This document shows positions 1-9,109 of a stretch of 64,000 bases of DNA, piece after piece. The translations under genes were made by a program, and so were the position numbers. Below the pieces are notes generated by a model. It had not been told where the DNA came from, searched no databases, and saw only the letters and a list, made by a program, of their open reading frames with translations. This DNA is from an uncultured Rhodospirillales bacterium (GTDB lineage Bacteria; Pseudomonadota; Alphaproteobacteria; Reyranellales; Reyranellaceae), in assembly GCA_945957125.1 (NCBI GenBank), contig CAMFJT010000003.1:8990-72989 (forward strand), written 5' to 3'. Within the stretch, counting starts at the first letter, position 1; every line of letters starts with the position of its first letter.

Positions 1-908
1 TTCACCGCCACGAAGTCGCCCAGCGACATGGTGCCCTCGACCACGCCCTGGCCGGCCATCGCCATGACCGCGACCAGGCCGGCCGAGATGATCGCACCCT
101 GGCCGACATTGAGCAGCGACAGGGTGCGGGTCGAGCGGACCGCCGCGACCTCGTAGCGCCGCCGGCCGACGTCGTAACGCCGCGCCTCGTGCGCCTCGTT
201 GCCGAAATACTTCACCGTCTCGTAGTTGAGCAGGCTGTCGATCGCCTTGGCGTTGGCCTCGGTGTCGGCCTCGTTCATCGAGCGCACGAACTGGATGCGC
301 CATTCCGACAGAACCACCGAGAAGACGACGTAGACGGCGATCACGCCCAGCGTCACCGCGGTGAAGCGCCAGTCGTACAGGCTCCACAGGATGCCGCCGA
401 CCAGCGCGATCTCGATCAGCGTCGGGATGATGTTGAAGGTCGTGAAGCGGATCAGGAATTCCATCCCCTGGGTGCCGCGCTCGATCACCCGGCTGAGGCC
501 GCCGGTCTGGCGCTCGAGATGAAATCGCAGGCTGAGCGCATGGAGATGGTCGAAGACCTCCAGCGCCAGGTTGCGGATGGCCCTTTGCGACACCGGGGAG
601 AACACGGCGTCGCGCACCTCGCCGAACGCCTGCGCCAGCACGCGGGCGAAGCCGTAGGCCAGGATCAGGGCGATCGGCACCGCCACGACCTGGGCCTTTT
701 CGCCCAGCGCATCGACGGCGTCCTTGTAGAGGATCGGCACATAGACGTTGGTGACCTTGGCGAGCACCAACAGCACGCCGGCTGCGACGACACGGGCGCG
801 CAAGGTCCATTCGCCCTTTGGCCACAAATGGCGACCAAGGGTTGCCAGCACGGCCCCCGAACGATCGAGACTGAGGGCGGGAGGACGATCGTTGACCGGG
901 GGCGACAT
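1..908 (-). CDS. ABC exporter, fused permease/ATPase of the Atm1/ABCB7/HMT1 type. Only the N-terminal transmembrane part lies in the window; the gene runs off the left edge.
   Basis: This gene is absent from the supplied ORF track. My own reverse-strand translation from the ATG at 908-906 reads MSPPVNDRPPALSLDRSGAVLATLGRHLWPKGEWTLRARVVAAGVLLVLAKVTNVYVPILYKDAVDAL...LRFHLERQTGGLSRVIERGTQGMEFL...LLNYETVKYFGNEAHEARRYD, with no stop down to position 1. These are typical type-I ABC exporter TMD motifs of the Atm1 family. Confidence 0.75.
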   Translation of the reverse strand, partial: MSPPVNDRPPALSLDRSGAVLATLGRHLWPKGEWTLRARVVAAGVLLVLAKVTNVYVPILYKDAVDALGEKAQVVAVPIALILAYGFARVLAQAFGEVRDAVFSPVSQRAIRNLALEVFDHLHALSLRFHLERQTGGLSRVIERGTQGMEFLIRFTTFNIIPTLIEIALVGGILWSLYDWRFTAVTLGVIAVYVVFSVVLSEWRIQFVRSMNEADTEANAKAIDSLLNYETVKYFGNEAHEARRYDVGRRRYEVAAVRSTRTLSLLNVGQGAIISAGLVAVMAMAGQGVVEGTMSLGDFVAV

Positions 909-1009
909 GAGAATGGCCGTTCGGGCGCTGATGGCAGGTGACGTGGGGGGTGTGCGCCTTCTATCGTGCCGGCCAGCCCAACGTAAGTCCCCTGATGGAG
1001 AACGATTTC

Positions 1010-1804
1010 ATGAGTTTTCGTAGGGCCGTGCTGGGATTGTTCCTGTGTTGCGCCGCGCCCGGCGCCGCGCTGGCCCAACAGGCACGGCAGGTCGACCTCA
1101 GCTACGACATCACCTTCCTGGGCTTCACGGGCTTTCGCATCGACTTCACCGGCACTTTCACCGGCAACCGCTACGATGTGCAGAGCCACACCTTCAAGGA
1201 AGGCATGATGCGCGCGGTGACCGTCCAGTACGACGGGCAGAACCGGGCGTGGGGCGGAATCTCGCCACAAGGCGCCCTGCCGAGCGGCGGCTCGCTTTCG
1301 ATCATGGTCGCCAACAAGCCGCGCACCTGGCTCGTGCACTACGGGCCGGGCGGGACGCTGAAGGAGCAGCACAATCCGGAATGGAAGCCGCAGCCCGACC
1401 AGGTCATCCCCGAGAACCAGCGGACGGGCTCTCTCGATCCGCTGACGGCGGCGATGTCGGTCGGCCTGGCGGGCGACGCGGCATGCGACCGCACCGTCCC
1501 GTCCAACGACGGCAAGCGGCGGATCGACGTCATCCTGCGCAAGGTCGGGGTCGAGCCGATGGCCACTGCCGGCGTGCCCCAGGCCAAGAGCGACATGCTG
1601 GTGTGCGAGATCTACACCAAGCGCATCGCCGGCGAGTTCTTCGACGCCCCCAAGGAAGCCGAGACCGAGCGCGAGCGCCCGATCCGGATCTGGCTCGCGC
1701 GCTTGGACGACACGCCGTTCCGCTATCCGGTCAAGCTGGAGGCCATCACCGGCTTCGGCACAATCCGCGGCCGGCTGCTGAAATTCCAGGAGACGATGAA
1801 GTAG
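1010..1804 (+). CDS. DUF3108-like secreted protein
   Basis: Part of ORF 938..1804. The internal ATG at 1010 gives MSFRRAVLGLFLCCAAPGAALAQQ, a signal peptide. The body (DLSYDITFLGFTGFRIDF...YPVKLEAITGFGTIRGRL) resembles the DUF3108 beta-rich family. An ATG at 995 is an alternative start. Confidence 0.6.
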   Translation: MSFRRAVLGLFLCCAAPGAALAQQARQVDLSYDITFLGFTGFRIDFTGTFTGNRYDVQSHTFKEGMMRAVTVQYDGQNRAWGGISPQGALPSGGSLSIMVANKPRTWLVHYGPGGTLKEQHNPEWKPQPDQVIPENQRTGSLDPLTAAMSVGLAGDAACDRTVPSNDGKRRIDVILRKVGVEPMATAGVPQAKSDMLVCEIYTKRIAGEFFDAPKEAETERERPIRIWLARLDDTPFRYPVKLEAITGFGTIRGRLLKFQETMK

Positions 1805-1814
1805 CCTTGCCGAA

Positions 1815-1865
1815 CGGCGGGCGCGCCACGCCCGCCGCATGAACATGAGCGGGCGGGACGCCCGC
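1815..1865. terminator. Two GC-rich hairpins between convergent genes (candidate bidirectional terminators)
   Basis: The first hairpin is cggcgggcg-cgcca-cgcccgccg (1815-1837). The second is gcgggcg-gga-cgcccgc (1849-1865). They lie between the DUF3108 stop (1804) and the mutase stop (1880). There is no clear U-tract. Confidence 0.4.
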
Positions 1866-1879
1866 GGTCCGGAAAGTGC

Positions 1880-4036
1880 TTAAGCCGCGCGCTTCTGGTT
1901 CTTGCCGCGCAGGATCGACAGGATTTCCGCAGCCGCGGCCGGGATGTTCGTGCCGGGGCCATAGATTGCCGCGACGCCGGCCTTCCTGAGGAAGTCGTAG
2001 TCCTGCGCAGGGATCACGCCGCCGACCACGACCAGCACCTCCGAGCCACCTTGTTTGGCCAGCTCCTCGATGAGCTGCGGCACCAGCGTCTTGTGGCCGG
2101 CTGCCTGGCTCGACACGCCGATCACATGAACGTCGTTCTCGATCGCCGCACGGGCGGCTTCCTGCGGCGTCTGGAACAGCGGGCCGATATCGACGTCGAA
2201 GCCGAGATCGGCGAAGGCCGTGGCGATCACCTTGGCGCCGCGATCGTGCCCGTCCTGGCCCATCTTCACGACCATGAGACGCGGCCGGCGGCCCTCCTCC
2301 TCGGCGAAGGCGGCGATGTCGGTGCGGATGCGCTCGAGGCCGGCATCACCCTCCCATTCGCCGGCATAGACGCCGGAGATCGAGCGGATGGTCGCCTGGT
2401 AGCGGCCATAGACGCCCTCCAGCGCCGACGAGATCTCGCCCACCGTGGCGCGGGCGCGCGTGGCCTCGATCGAGAGGCCGAGAAGATTGCCGGAGCCGTT
2501 GCGCGCGGCCTCGCCCAGCGCCTTCAGCGCGGCGACGCACTTCGCCTCGTCGCGGGTCGCGCGGATCTTGTTGAGGCGGTTCACCTGGGCCTCGCGCACG
2601 ACCACGTTGTCGACGTCGAGAATGTCGATCGGCGGCTCTTCCTTGAGCTGGAACTTGTTCACGCCGACCACGATCTCCTCGCCGCGGTCGATGCGGGCCT
2701 GGCGGCGGGCCGAGGCCTCCTCGATGCGCATCTTGGGCATGCCGGCCTCGACGGCCTTGGTCATGCCGCCCAGCGCCTCGACCTCCTGGATGAGCTTGCG
2801 CGCCTCGGCTACGAGGCTCGCGGTCAGCGATTCGACGTAGTAGCTGCCGGCCAGCGGATCGACGACCTTGGTGACGCCGGTCTCGTGCTGGAGGATCAGC
2901 TGGGTGTTGCGCGCGATGCGGGCCGAGGTCGGCGTGGGCAGGGCGATCGCCTCGTCGAACGAATTGGTGTGCAGCGACTGCGTGCCGCCCAGCACCGCCG
3001 CCATCGCCTCGTAGGCGGTGCGGATCACGTTGTTGTACGGGTCCTTCTCGGTCAGCGACACGCCCGAGGTCTGGCAGTGGGTGCGCAGCGACAGCGAATC
3101 GGCCTTCTTGGGCTCGAACGGCTTGATCAGCTCGGCCCACAGGAAGCGCGCGGCGCGCAGCTTGGCCGCTTCCATGAAGAAGTTCATGCCGATGCAGAAG
3201 AAGAACGACAGGCGCGGCGCGAAGGCGTCGATGTCGAGGCCCTTGGCCTTGGCGGCCCGCACATATTCGAGGCCGTCGGCCAGCGTGAACGCCAGCTCCT
3301 GGACCAGCGTCGAGCCCGCCTCCTGCATGTGATAGCCGGAGATCGAGATCGAGTTGAACTTGGGCATGTAGAGCGCCGTGTGCTCGATGATGTCGGCCAC
3401 GATGCGCATGGAGGGTCCGGGCGGATAGATATAGGTGTTCCGGACCATGAACTCCTTGAGGATGTCGTTCTGGATCGTGCCCGACAGCTTGTCCTGCGGC
3501 ACGCCCTGCTCCTCGGCGGCAACGATGTAGCCCGCGAGCACCGGCAGCACGGCGCCGTTCATGGTCATCGACACGCTCATCTTGTCGAGCGGGATGCCGT
3601 CGAACAGGATCTTCATGTCCTCGACGGAGTCGATCGCCACGCCCGCCTTGCCGACATCGCCCACCACGCGCGGGTGATCGGAATCGTAGCCGCGGTGCGT
3701 GGCGAGATCGAACGCCACCGACAGGCCCATCTGGCCCGCCGCGAGGTTGGCACGGTAGAACTTGTTGCTCTCCTCGGCGGTCGAGAAGCCGGCATACTGG
3801 CGCACCGTCCACGGCCGGCCGGCGTACATCGTCGCCTTCGGCCCGCGCGTGAAAGGCGGGAAGCCGGGCAGCGCGCCCATCGTCTCCAGGTTCTCGAGAT
3901 CGGCCGCCGTATAGAGCGGCTTGACCACGATGCCCTCGGGCGTGGTCCAGTCGAGGGCGGAAAGCGGCTTGTCGCGAAGCTCCTTGGCGGCAAGCTTCTC
4001 CCAGTCGGCGAGGGTCTTCTTCGGGAAATCGGCCAT
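1880..4036 (-). CDS. scpA: Methylmalonyl-CoA mutase, single-chain large subunit with a C-terminal B12-binding domain
   Basis: ORF 1880..4072. Diagnostic stretches include [47 protein letters not shown] and the C-terminal [32 protein letters not shown] (the DxHxxG B12 loop). I chose the start at MADFPKK (4036); 4072 is also possible. Confidence 0.93.
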   Translation of the reverse strand: MADFPKKTLADWEKLAAKELRDKPLSALDWTTPEGIVVKPLYTAADLENLETMGALPGFPPFTRGPKATMYAGRPWTVRQYAGFSTAEESNKFYRANLAAGQMGLSVAFDLATHRGYDSDHPRVVGDVGKAGVAIDSVEDMKILFDGIPLDKMSVSMTMNGAVLPVLAGYIVAAEEQGVPQDKLSGTIQNDILKEFMVRNTYIYPPGPSMRIVADIIEHTALYMPKFNSISISGYHMQEAGSTLVQELAFTLADGLEYVRAAKAKGLDIDAFAPRLSFFFCIGMNFFMEAAKLRAARFLWAELIKPFEPKKADSLSLRTHCQTSGVSLTEKDPYNNVIRTAYEAMAAVLGGTQSLHTNSFDEAIALPTPTSARIARNTQLILQHETGVTKVVDPLAGSYYVESLTASLVAEARKLIQEVEALGGMTKAVEAGMPKMRIEEASARRQARIDRGEEIVVGVNKFQLKEEPPIDILDVDNVVVREAQVNRLNKIRATRDEAKCVAALKALGEAARNGSGNLLGLSIEATRARATVGEISSALEGVYGRYQATIRSISGVYAGEWEGDAGLERIRTDIAAFAEEEGRRPRLMVVKMGQDGHDRGAKVIATAFADLGFDVDIGPLFQTPQEAARAAIENDVHVIGVSSQAAGHKTLVPQLIEELAKQGGSEVLVVVGGVIPAQDYDFLRKAGVAAIYGPGTNIPAAAAEILSILRGKNQKRAA

Positions 4037-4116
4037 GCCGCTAGATAGCGCAAACAGCGGGCGTTTGCACATGCGGCATCACCCGTCGGGAAGTCCCGCA
4101 GCGACCTTCCCACAGG

Positions 4117-5916
4117 CTAGTCCGCCCGGCGGAGCAGCAGCCAGTGAAGGCGTCCCCCGTCGTCGCCGGCGACGAGCCGGCCATGCCCCAGATAGAGCAA
4201 GGCACAGGGTGAATCGTCGAGATCATGCGCGATGCATCGCCCGGTCATGACATTCCAGACGCGAATCGTCCGGTCGCGGGAGGCCGAGGCAAGCCAGCCT
4301 TCATCGAGCGCGGCGAGGGCGAGAATGCCAGCCTCATGGCCTCGCAGCGTCGTGAGCCGCTTCCTGCTTGCGGGATGCCAAAGCGCGATCTCGGTCAGTT
4401 CCGCGATGGCCAGGGCGTGGTGGGGCAGTCCGACCGGCAGGGGCCAGGCGTTCCTTGCCGCTGTCAGCGAGTGCTTGACCCGCCTGTGCCGGAGATCCCA
4501 GACCCGTACCACGCCGTCCTCGTAGCCGGCGGCCAGGGAGCCATCCCCCATCAGGGCGAGCGCGCACGGATCGCTCTCGCACGTCAGCGCGAACAGCGGC
4601 TCGGGCTCGTCGATGCGCCAGACCTGAATGCCGTGATCCTCCGTCGCGGCGGCGACAGCGTGGTCCTCGGGCATGACGAGCGCGCGGATGGCCGAACCGG
4701 CAACGGGAAGGCGCCGGGCGCGGGCCGGCTCATCCGGCTGCCAGACATGGACGACGCCATCCGGCGTGCCGGACAGCAGGACGTCGTCGCTCGAAACGGC
4801 CAAGCTCGTCGCCCCGATACGACAATGCCGGCCGACCAGCCGTTCCGTTGCCGGCCCGCCCTCGCCATCGGGCGGAGACCACAACGAGATCGCGCCATCG
4901 GAGGTCAGGGAAGCCACGCGCCCATCGCTCAGGCCCGCCAGAGTGACGACGGCAGGCCCCCGCTCGGCAACCCTCTCCACGAGAGCCGGGCCGTCGGCGG
5001 TCCAGATATTGACGATCTCGGCGCTGGCCGAAACCAGGCGGCCGTCGGACAGCACGCACATATGGCGGATCGGGCCGAGATGTCGCCTCAGCCGCACGCA
5101 GGGTTGAAGGCTCGATGCCGGAACGAAGGCGGCGACGCCGCTCTCGAGACCGACGGCAAACCGTCCGCCCGGCAGGCTCGCAAAGGCCAGCGCGGTCTCG
5201 CCGAGGTCCTCGATCCGGCCAACCGCCGTGAGGGACAGGCCCTGCCAGAAGCGCAACTTGCCGTCCTGGTCGGCGGCGACGAGCTGACGGCCGTCGAGAC
5301 AGGCGAGGCCGACGACGGTGTCATGGGTCCATTCGCTGGCCGCGTCCACGCGCGCCGTCGACAGCTCGACGATCCGCAGCACTCCGCGGCCGCAGGCAAC
5401 GGCAATCCGATCCCGGGGCAACATGAGCAGTGCGGTGACCGCATGCTGGACGGTCCGCCCGTCATCGTCGACATCCTCGACCGCCGTCGTGGTCAACGCG
5501 TGAGGGCATTCCTCCGAGATCATATCCCATCGGTAGACCACGCCGTCGCTGTCGCCGATCGCCACCAGGTTGTCGTCCCGGGCGGCGAGCGTCACGAGTT
5601 GGGCCTGCGAGACGGTCAGGCGCGCGAGCTCGGTGAAGCCGGCGGTTTCCCAGAGATGCAGCACGCCACCGTGCGTGCCAATCGCGAGCTGCCCGCCCGC
5701 CAGCAGAGCCATGACCGTCACGGCACTGTCCAGCGGGCCGATCGTTTGCCGAACGCATCGTTCCGCCGTGTCCCAGATGCAGATCGACCCATCCTGGTGC
5801 CCGGTCGCGAAGTCTCCGTTCGGCAAGGGGGCGAGCGACCGGATCCGCGATGGGGCGCGCAACGTCTCCGCATCGAGGATCGAACGGTCGCCAAGGGCGA
5901 GCCAGGTGCGGCTCAT
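4117..5916 (-). CDS. WD40/beta-propeller repeat protein with about 14 blades and no other recognisable domain
   Basis: The 599-aa ORF contains about 14 repeats of roughly 42 aa. They end in GHQDGSICIWD, GTHGGVLHLWE, GDSDGVVYRWD, ADQDGKLRFWQ, LTSDGAISLWS, GTPDGVVHVWQ, GYEDGVVRVWD, ASRDRTIRVWN and similar. No signal peptide is visible. Confidence 0.8.
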   Translation of the reverse strand: MSRTWLALGDRSILDAETLRAPSRIRSLAPLPNGDFATGHQDGSICIWDTAERCVRQTIGPLDSAVTVMALLAGGQLAIGTHGGVLHLWETAGFTELARLTVSQAQLVTLAARDDNLVAIGDSDGVVYRWDMISEECPHALTTTAVEDVDDDGRTVQHAVTALLMLPRDRIAVACGRGVLRIVELSTARVDAASEWTHDTVVGLACLDGRQLVAADQDGKLRFWQGLSLTAVGRIEDLGETALAFASLPGGRFAVGLESGVAAFVPASSLQPCVRLRRHLGPIRHMCVLSDGRLVSASAEIVNIWTADGPALVERVAERGPAVVTLAGLSDGRVASLTSDGAISLWSPPDGEGGPATERLVGRHCRIGATSLAVSSDDVLLSGTPDGVVHVWQPDEPARARRLPVAGSAIRALVMPEDHAVAAATEDHGIQVWRIDEPEPLFALTCESDPCALALMGDGSLAAGYEDGVVRVWDLRHRRVKHSLTAARNAWPLPVGLPHHALAIAELTEIALWHPASRKRLTTLRGHEAGILALAALDEGWLASASRDRTIRVWNVMTGRCIAHDLDDSPCALLYLGHGRLVAGDDGGRLHWLLLRRAD

Positions 5917-6050
5917 CGCTACATCGTCCTTTGCCGCCGGGATGGCGCGGCGGGCATCCTGACGGCCAACCGGCTATCGAGACAAGTCCGGGACGGCGCT
6001 CACGAGCGTGCTGGAAGCGCGGTCCAACGAGGCGTCCGATCGAGAAGCGC

Positions 6051-7262
6051 CTACTCGTTGGCGAGGATCGTGTTGCGCACCAGCGGATAGATCTGGCCGG
6101 CCCAGCGGCGGCCGGCGAAGACGCCGTAATGGCCGACGCCGGCCTGCATGTAGTGCTTCTTGCGGTAGGGCCGCAGGCTGGAGCAGAGGTCGTGCGCGGC
6201 CACGGTCTGGCCGATGGCGCAGATATCGTCCCGCTCACCCTCGATGGTGAACAACGCGGTGCGCCGGATCGCCTTCGGATTGACGCGGCGGCCATTCCAC
6301 TCGAGCTCGCCCTTGGCCAGGAGCCAGGTCTGGAACACTCGCTCGACCGTCTCGAGATAGAACTCGGCGGTCATGTCGAGCACGGCGAAATATTCGTCGT
6401 AGAAGTCCTTGATCGTGCTGGCCTGCTCGGTCTCGCCCTTGGCCAGTGCCTTGTAGAGGTCCATCTGCGCCTTCATGTGCCGCTCGGCATTCATGCTCAT
6501 GAAGGCCGTGAGCTGCAGGAAACCGGGATAGACCCGCCGCGTCGCGCCTGGGTAGCGCAATGGCACCCGGCTGATCAGGTTCTGCTCGAACCACGAGATC
6601 GGCTTGCCGGTGGCCAGCTCGTTGACCTTGGTCGGATTGACCCGCGTGTCGATCGGGCCGGCCATCAGCGTCATGCTGCGCGGCTGGGCCGGATTGTCGT
6701 CCTCGGCCATGATCGCCGCCGCGGCCAGCGCCTGGACGCAGGGTTGGCACACCGCCACGACGTGCGCGCCCGGCCCCATCGCCTCCAGGAAGGTGATCAG
6801 GTGCTGGATGTATTCGTCGAAGCCGAAGCGGCCGTTCCACACGCCGACATCGCGCGCATTGGCCCAATCGGTGATGTAGACATCGTGATCGGGCAGCAGC
6901 ACGCGCACCGTATCGCGCAACAAGGTCGCGAAATGACCGCTGAGCGGGGAGACCAGCAGCACCCGCGGCTGGGGGCCCATGCCTTCCTTCACGAAGCGCA
7001 GAAGCGTGCCGAAAGGAGTCGCCAGCGCCTCCTCTTCATGCACCGGCACCATCTGGTTGCCGCATTTCACCTCAGCGATCCCGAAGGACGGCCGGCGATG
7101 GCTGAGCGCCGCACGGCTCATCATTTCGCACAGCGCGCTGGCCGCCCGCCACCGCTCGGCGCTCGCCTCGCCTCCCAGGGCGAATCCCTGGCCTGCCGCC
7201 GCAGCCCAAATTCGCATCGGCAGCATCACGTCGGCGGCAGTCTGGTACAGGGCGTAGAGCAT
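6051..7262 (-). CDS. phaZ: Intracellular polyhydroxyalkanoate (PHB) depolymerase
   Basis: The 403-aa ORF starts MLYALYQTAADVMLPMR. It contains LLVSPLSGHFATLLRDTV, VAVCQPCV and FLQLTAFMSMNAERH, matching the PhaZ intracellular depolymerase family pattern (TIGR01849-type) as I recall it. Confidence 0.85.
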   Translation of the reverse strand: MLYALYQTAADVMLPMRIWAAAAGQGFALGGEASAERWRAASALCEMMSRAALSHRRPSFGIAEVKCGNQMVPVHEEEALATPFGTLLRFVKEGMGPQPRVLLVSPLSGHFATLLRDTVRVLLPDHDVYITDWANARDVGVWNGRFGFDEYIQHLITFLEAMGPGAHVVAVCQPCVQALAAAAIMAEDDNPAQPRSMTLMAGPIDTRVNPTKVNELATGKPISWFEQNLISRVPLRYPGATRRVYPGFLQLTAFMSMNAERHMKAQMDLYKALAKGETEQASTIKDFYDEYFAVLDMTAEFYLETVERVFQTWLLAKGELEWNGRRVNPKAIRRTALFTIEGERDDICAIGQTVAAHDLCSSLRPYRKKHYMQAGVGHYGVFAGRRWAGQIYPLVRNTILANE

Positions 7263-7300
7263 GAAGGGGCAATCGGCTCGAATTTTGCTTCCCCGCCGAC

Positions 7301-7957
7301 ATGGCCGAGGCTTCTCTTACGATCAGTAGCAAGAACTATTCCTCTTGGTCCCTTCGGGGCTGGTTGCTCTGCAAGATGGCCGGGATCGACTTCACCGAGC
7401 GGCTGGCGCCGCTCGACGATCCGGCGACGCGGGCGGAGCTGCTGCTGCTCTCGCCGTCCTTCCTGGTGCCGTGCCTGGAGCATGGTGCCGTCAAGGTCTG
7501 GGACACGCTGGCGATCGCGGAATATCTGCACGAAACCATGCCCCAGGCGGGCCTTCTGCCCGCCGATATCGCCGCCCGTTCGCATTGCCGCGCGGTGTGC
7601 GGCGAGATGCATTCCGGCTTCGCCAACCTGCGCTCGGCCCTGCCGATGAACCTCAAGGTGCGGCACGACGGCTTCAAGGTCTGGGCCGGCGCCCAGGCCG
7701 ACATCGAGCGGGTGACGACGATCTGGCGCGAGTGCCTCCAGAAGTACAACGGCCCCTACCTGTTCGGCGCGACGCCGACCATGGCCGATGCGATGTACGC
7801 CCCGGTCTGCACCCGCTTCGCCACCTACGACGTGACGCTCGATCCCGCCTCGGCGGCTTATCGCGACCTGATCCTGCGCTGGACGCCGATGGTCGAATGG
7901 ACCGACGCGGCGAAGTCCGAGCCGGAAGAAGTCGAGGAACTCGACGTCGAGTTCTAG
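7301..7957 (+). CDS. Glutathione S-transferase family protein
   Basis: The 218-aa ORF has SKNYSSWSLRGWL near the N-terminus (a thioredoxin-like GST N-domain). It also has the PCLEHGAVKVWDTLAIAEYL motif typical of YfcF/GST-like proteins. Confidence 0.8.
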   Translation: MAEASLTISSKNYSSWSLRGWLLCKMAGIDFTERLAPLDDPATRAELLLLSPSFLVPCLEHGAVKVWDTLAIAEYLHETMPQAGLLPADIAARSHCRAVCGEMHSGFANLRSALPMNLKVRHDGFKVWAGAQADIERVTTIWRECLQKYNGPYLFGATPTMADAMYAPVCTRFATYDVTLDPASAAYRDLILRWTPMVEWTDAAKSEPEEVEELDVEF

Positions 7958-7995
7958 GCGCGGCAAGCTCCGGTCAAGACCAACCGGAGGAAACC

Positions 7996-8970
7996 ATGAC
8001 GATCTCGCGCCGCGGCGCGCTGGCCGGTCTCGGCGCGCTGTCGCTCGCCGGTGGTGCCGGCGCCCAGCAGCCGTTCCCCAGCAAGCCGCTCACCCTGATC
8101 GTTCCCTTCCCGGCCGGCGGCCCGGCCGACATCTTCGGCCGCCAGCTCGCACAAGGCATGTCGGCCAGCCTCGGCAAGCCGGTCGTGGTCGAGAACAAGA
8201 GCGGCGCGGCCGGCGTCACCGGCATGGACGTGGTCGCGAAGGCCGGCACCGACGCGCATGTAATCGGCATTGCCAGCGCCTCGGCCGGCTCGATCATGCA
8301 GACCCTGATGCCGAAAATGCCCTACGATCCTGACAAGGATCTCGCCCCGATCGTTCTGGCGGTGAAGATCCAGGAGGTGATCGCCGTCAACAGCAAGCTC
8401 GGCGTCACCGACTTCAAGGGCCTGCTCGCGCGCCTCAAGGCCGAGCCCGGCAAATGGGGCTGCAGCTCGGCCGGCACCGGCGGCATCACCCATCTCGCCA
8501 TCGAGCTGTTCAAGCGCGAGACCGGCACCGACATCCTGCACGTGCCCTATCGCGGCGCCGCTCCTGCAACCAACGACCTGCTCGCCGGCGTGGTGCAGAT
8601 GACCATTCTCGACGTGCCGGTGCTGCTGCCGCACATCCGCTCCGGCGCGCTGACCGCGCTCGCCGTCACCTCCGACGTGCGCGCACCGCTGCTGCCCGAC
8701 GTGCCGACCGTCCGGGAGCTCGGCTTCCCGAGGATCAATTCCGACAACTGGTACGGCCTGTTCGCCCCGGGCGCGGCCAGCGCCGCAGACCGCGCGCGTC
8801 TCCACGAAGCTGCCACCGCGGCCCTGAAGTCGAAGGAGCTGATCGACGCCTACACCGCCGTCGGCGGCATCGTGGGCGGCGGCTCGCCCGACGAGCTCGC
8901 CGCGTTCCGCCGCGCCGAGGTCGCCAAGTGGGCCGAGGTGATCCGGTTCGCGAACGTGAAGCTGGAATGA
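7996..8970 (+). CDS. Bug/TctC-family tripartite tricarboxylate transporter substrate-binding protein (orphan)
   Basis: The ATG at 7996 follows a GGAGG at 7986-7990. The product starts MTISRRGALAGLGALSLAGGAGAQQ (Tat/Sec signal) and continues KPLTLIVPFPAGGPADI...GTGGITHLA...HVPYRGAAPA. The upstream part of track ORF 7345..8970 is an out-of-frame shadow of the GST gene. Confidence 0.9.
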   Translation: MTISRRGALAGLGALSLAGGAGAQQPFPSKPLTLIVPFPAGGPADIFGRQLAQGMSASLGKPVVVENKSGAAGVTGMDVVAKAGTDAHVIGIASASAGSIMQTLMPKMPYDPDKDLAPIVLAVKIQEVIAVNSKLGVTDFKGLLARLKAEPGKWGCSSAGTGGITHLAIELFKRETGTDILHVPYRGAAPATNDLLAGVVQMTILDVPVLLPHIRSGALTALAVTSDVRAPLLPDVPTVRELGFPRINSDNWYGLFAPGAASAADRARLHEAATAALKSKELIDAYTAVGGIVGGGSPDELAAFRRAEVAKWAEVIRFANVKLE

Positions 8971-8974
8971 TGCC

Positions 8975-9065
8975 CGGGTCGCTGGGAGCGCGGCTCTCCA
9001 GAACCGCTCATGGGGTGGCGAAACTGAAGAAAGAGCGGCTCTGGAGAGCCGCGCTCCCGGCAGGC
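8975..9065. mobile_element. MITE/REP-like palindromic element flanked by an 8-bp direct repeat
   Basis: The arms are ctgggagcgcggctctccagaaccgctc (8982-9009) and gagcggctctggagagccgcgctcccgg (9033-9060). They are inverted copies with 2 mismatches in 28 nt. The motif ATGATGCC occurs immediately outside on both sides (8967-8974 and 9066-9073). The element is intergenic. Confidence 0.6.
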
Positions 9066-9109
9066 ATGATGCCTCGCCCCGTCCTGTTCGACTGAGTCCG
9101 GAGACCGAC

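Noticed and set aside
2051-4048. A 665-aa ORF on the + strand covering almost the whole methylmalonyl-CoA mutase gene.
   Set aside because: It is an antisense shadow ORF typical of high-GC DNA. Its translation is Arg/Ala/Gly/Leu-rich low-complexity sequence (…[21 protein letters not shown]…) with no recognisable motifs. The minus-strand frame encodes an unmistakable mutase.
4225-6090. A 621-aa + strand ORF opposite the WD40 gene. Many similar shadow ORFs occur, for example 5850..7649, 7954..9177, 9008..10096, 22334..24070, 47959..49335, 51480..53222 and 63067..63903.
   Set aside because: All overlap genes with clear family signatures on the other strand or in another frame. They have R/A/G/P-dominated composition and lack RBS or start context. 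I treat them as non-coding.
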